Positions 63,323-64,000 of a DNA stretch of 64,000 nt are shown in pieces; the first letter of the stretch is position 1, and each line of letters opens with the position of its first letter. The stretch comes from Gracilinanus agilis (lineage: Eukaryota). The stretch is from positions 87,323,181 to 87,387,180 of the forward strand of contig NC_058132.1 in assembly GCF_016433145.1 (NCBI RefSeq). The letters are read 5' to 3'. The position numbers and the translations under genes were made by a program. A model generated the notes under the pieces. It worked only from the letters and a program-made list of their open reading frames with translations. It was not told where the DNA came from and did no database searches.

Positions 63323-64000
63323 GTAAGAGAAGAAAATATATAAAAATAATGAAAGAGAAATTCAGCCTCACTTGGGATGGTAGCTCTTCTTGTCTTGGAA
63401 ACCTTAGAGACTTAAACAAGGAATTCATACCCCTTTTGCTTCTCCATAAGACCAAAGCATTGAAGAATATACGCAAGGAAAATAGAATTGTCTCAGTCGT
63501 GACAAAGCAAGCACACATCATTGACATACCAGAATTATTTGGGCATGATGAAAGGAAATATGTTCCACAGACTGTTGTGCTACGTGGTGCTCCTGGAATT
63601 GGGAAAACAATACTGACCAGAAAGATAATGCTAGACTGGGCAGAGGGGGACCTCTTTCAGGACAGGTTTAAAAATATTCTTTATCTGAACTGTAAGACAA
63701 TAAACCTTACATTAGAGATGAATTTAGTTGATCTGCTTTCCAAAGATTGGCCAGACCTCCAAGCACACATAGAAACAATTATGTCTAAGCCCAATGGACT
63801 CCTTTTTATTATTGATGGTTTTGATGAACTGAAGTGGCCCTTTGAGGAACTTGAACCTGAACTATGTAATCACTGGAAGGAGAAGCATCCAGTGCCTGTC
63901 CTTCTTTGCAGTTTACTATGGAAAACAGTGTTTCCTGAGTCATCTTTACTGATCACTACACGGTCCTCAGCTCTGAGCAGGTTCAGGTGCTTATCAGGTG
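63323..64000 (+). CDS. NLRP-family gene, FISNA-NACHT exon (open at the window edge; probable frameshift near 63975)
   Basis: Phase-1 acceptor ttttcctctcactattatAG ends at 63322. The frame reads KRRKYIKIMKEKF... (FISNA), Walker A GAPGIGKT (63586-63609), LDWAEG, Walker B LLFIIDGFDEL (63799-63831) and sensor 1 LLITTR (63946-63963). Confidence 0.93.

Noticed and set aside
1-64000. CRISPR arrays, rRNA, true tRNA genes and prokaryotic systems
   Set aside because: None were seen. The tRNA-like boxes belong to SINE heads and the sequence is mammalian.

Overview
This is AT-rich, repeat-dense vertebrate genomic DNA. The SINE1_MD-like, MAR1, MIR, L2, marsupial L1, RTE and OposCharlie-like hAT repeats point to a didelphid marsupial (opossum group; the species is inferred, not shown). 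The window holds three intact single-exon class I (OR52-family) olfactory receptor genes: 15459-16430 (+), 24346-25323 (-) and 42586-43536 (-). It also holds the 5' part of an NLRP-type innate immune gene on +: a PYD exon at 58558-58837 and a FISNA-NACHT exon from 63323 that runs off the window edge. The ORF track misses the NACHT exon because it has no stop in the window. The most notable observations are: (1) an NLRP gene sits directly beside class I ORs, possibly where eutherians carry the TRIM5/22 cluster; (2) there is a probable 1-bp frameshift just after NACHT sensor 1; (3) the NACHT exon begins with GTAAGA, so splicing recreates a donor site (recursive-splicing potential); (4) two ORs lack the canonical TM3 glutamate, and one of them resembles a turtle-expanded clade and is unusually CpG-rich; (5) a candidate OR promoter with paired O/E sites lies between two copies of an 80-bp repeat carrying an IRF-like motif. 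Repeat names and orthology rest on recalled consensus sequences and need database confirmation. Repeat boundaries are approximate unless a TSD is given.
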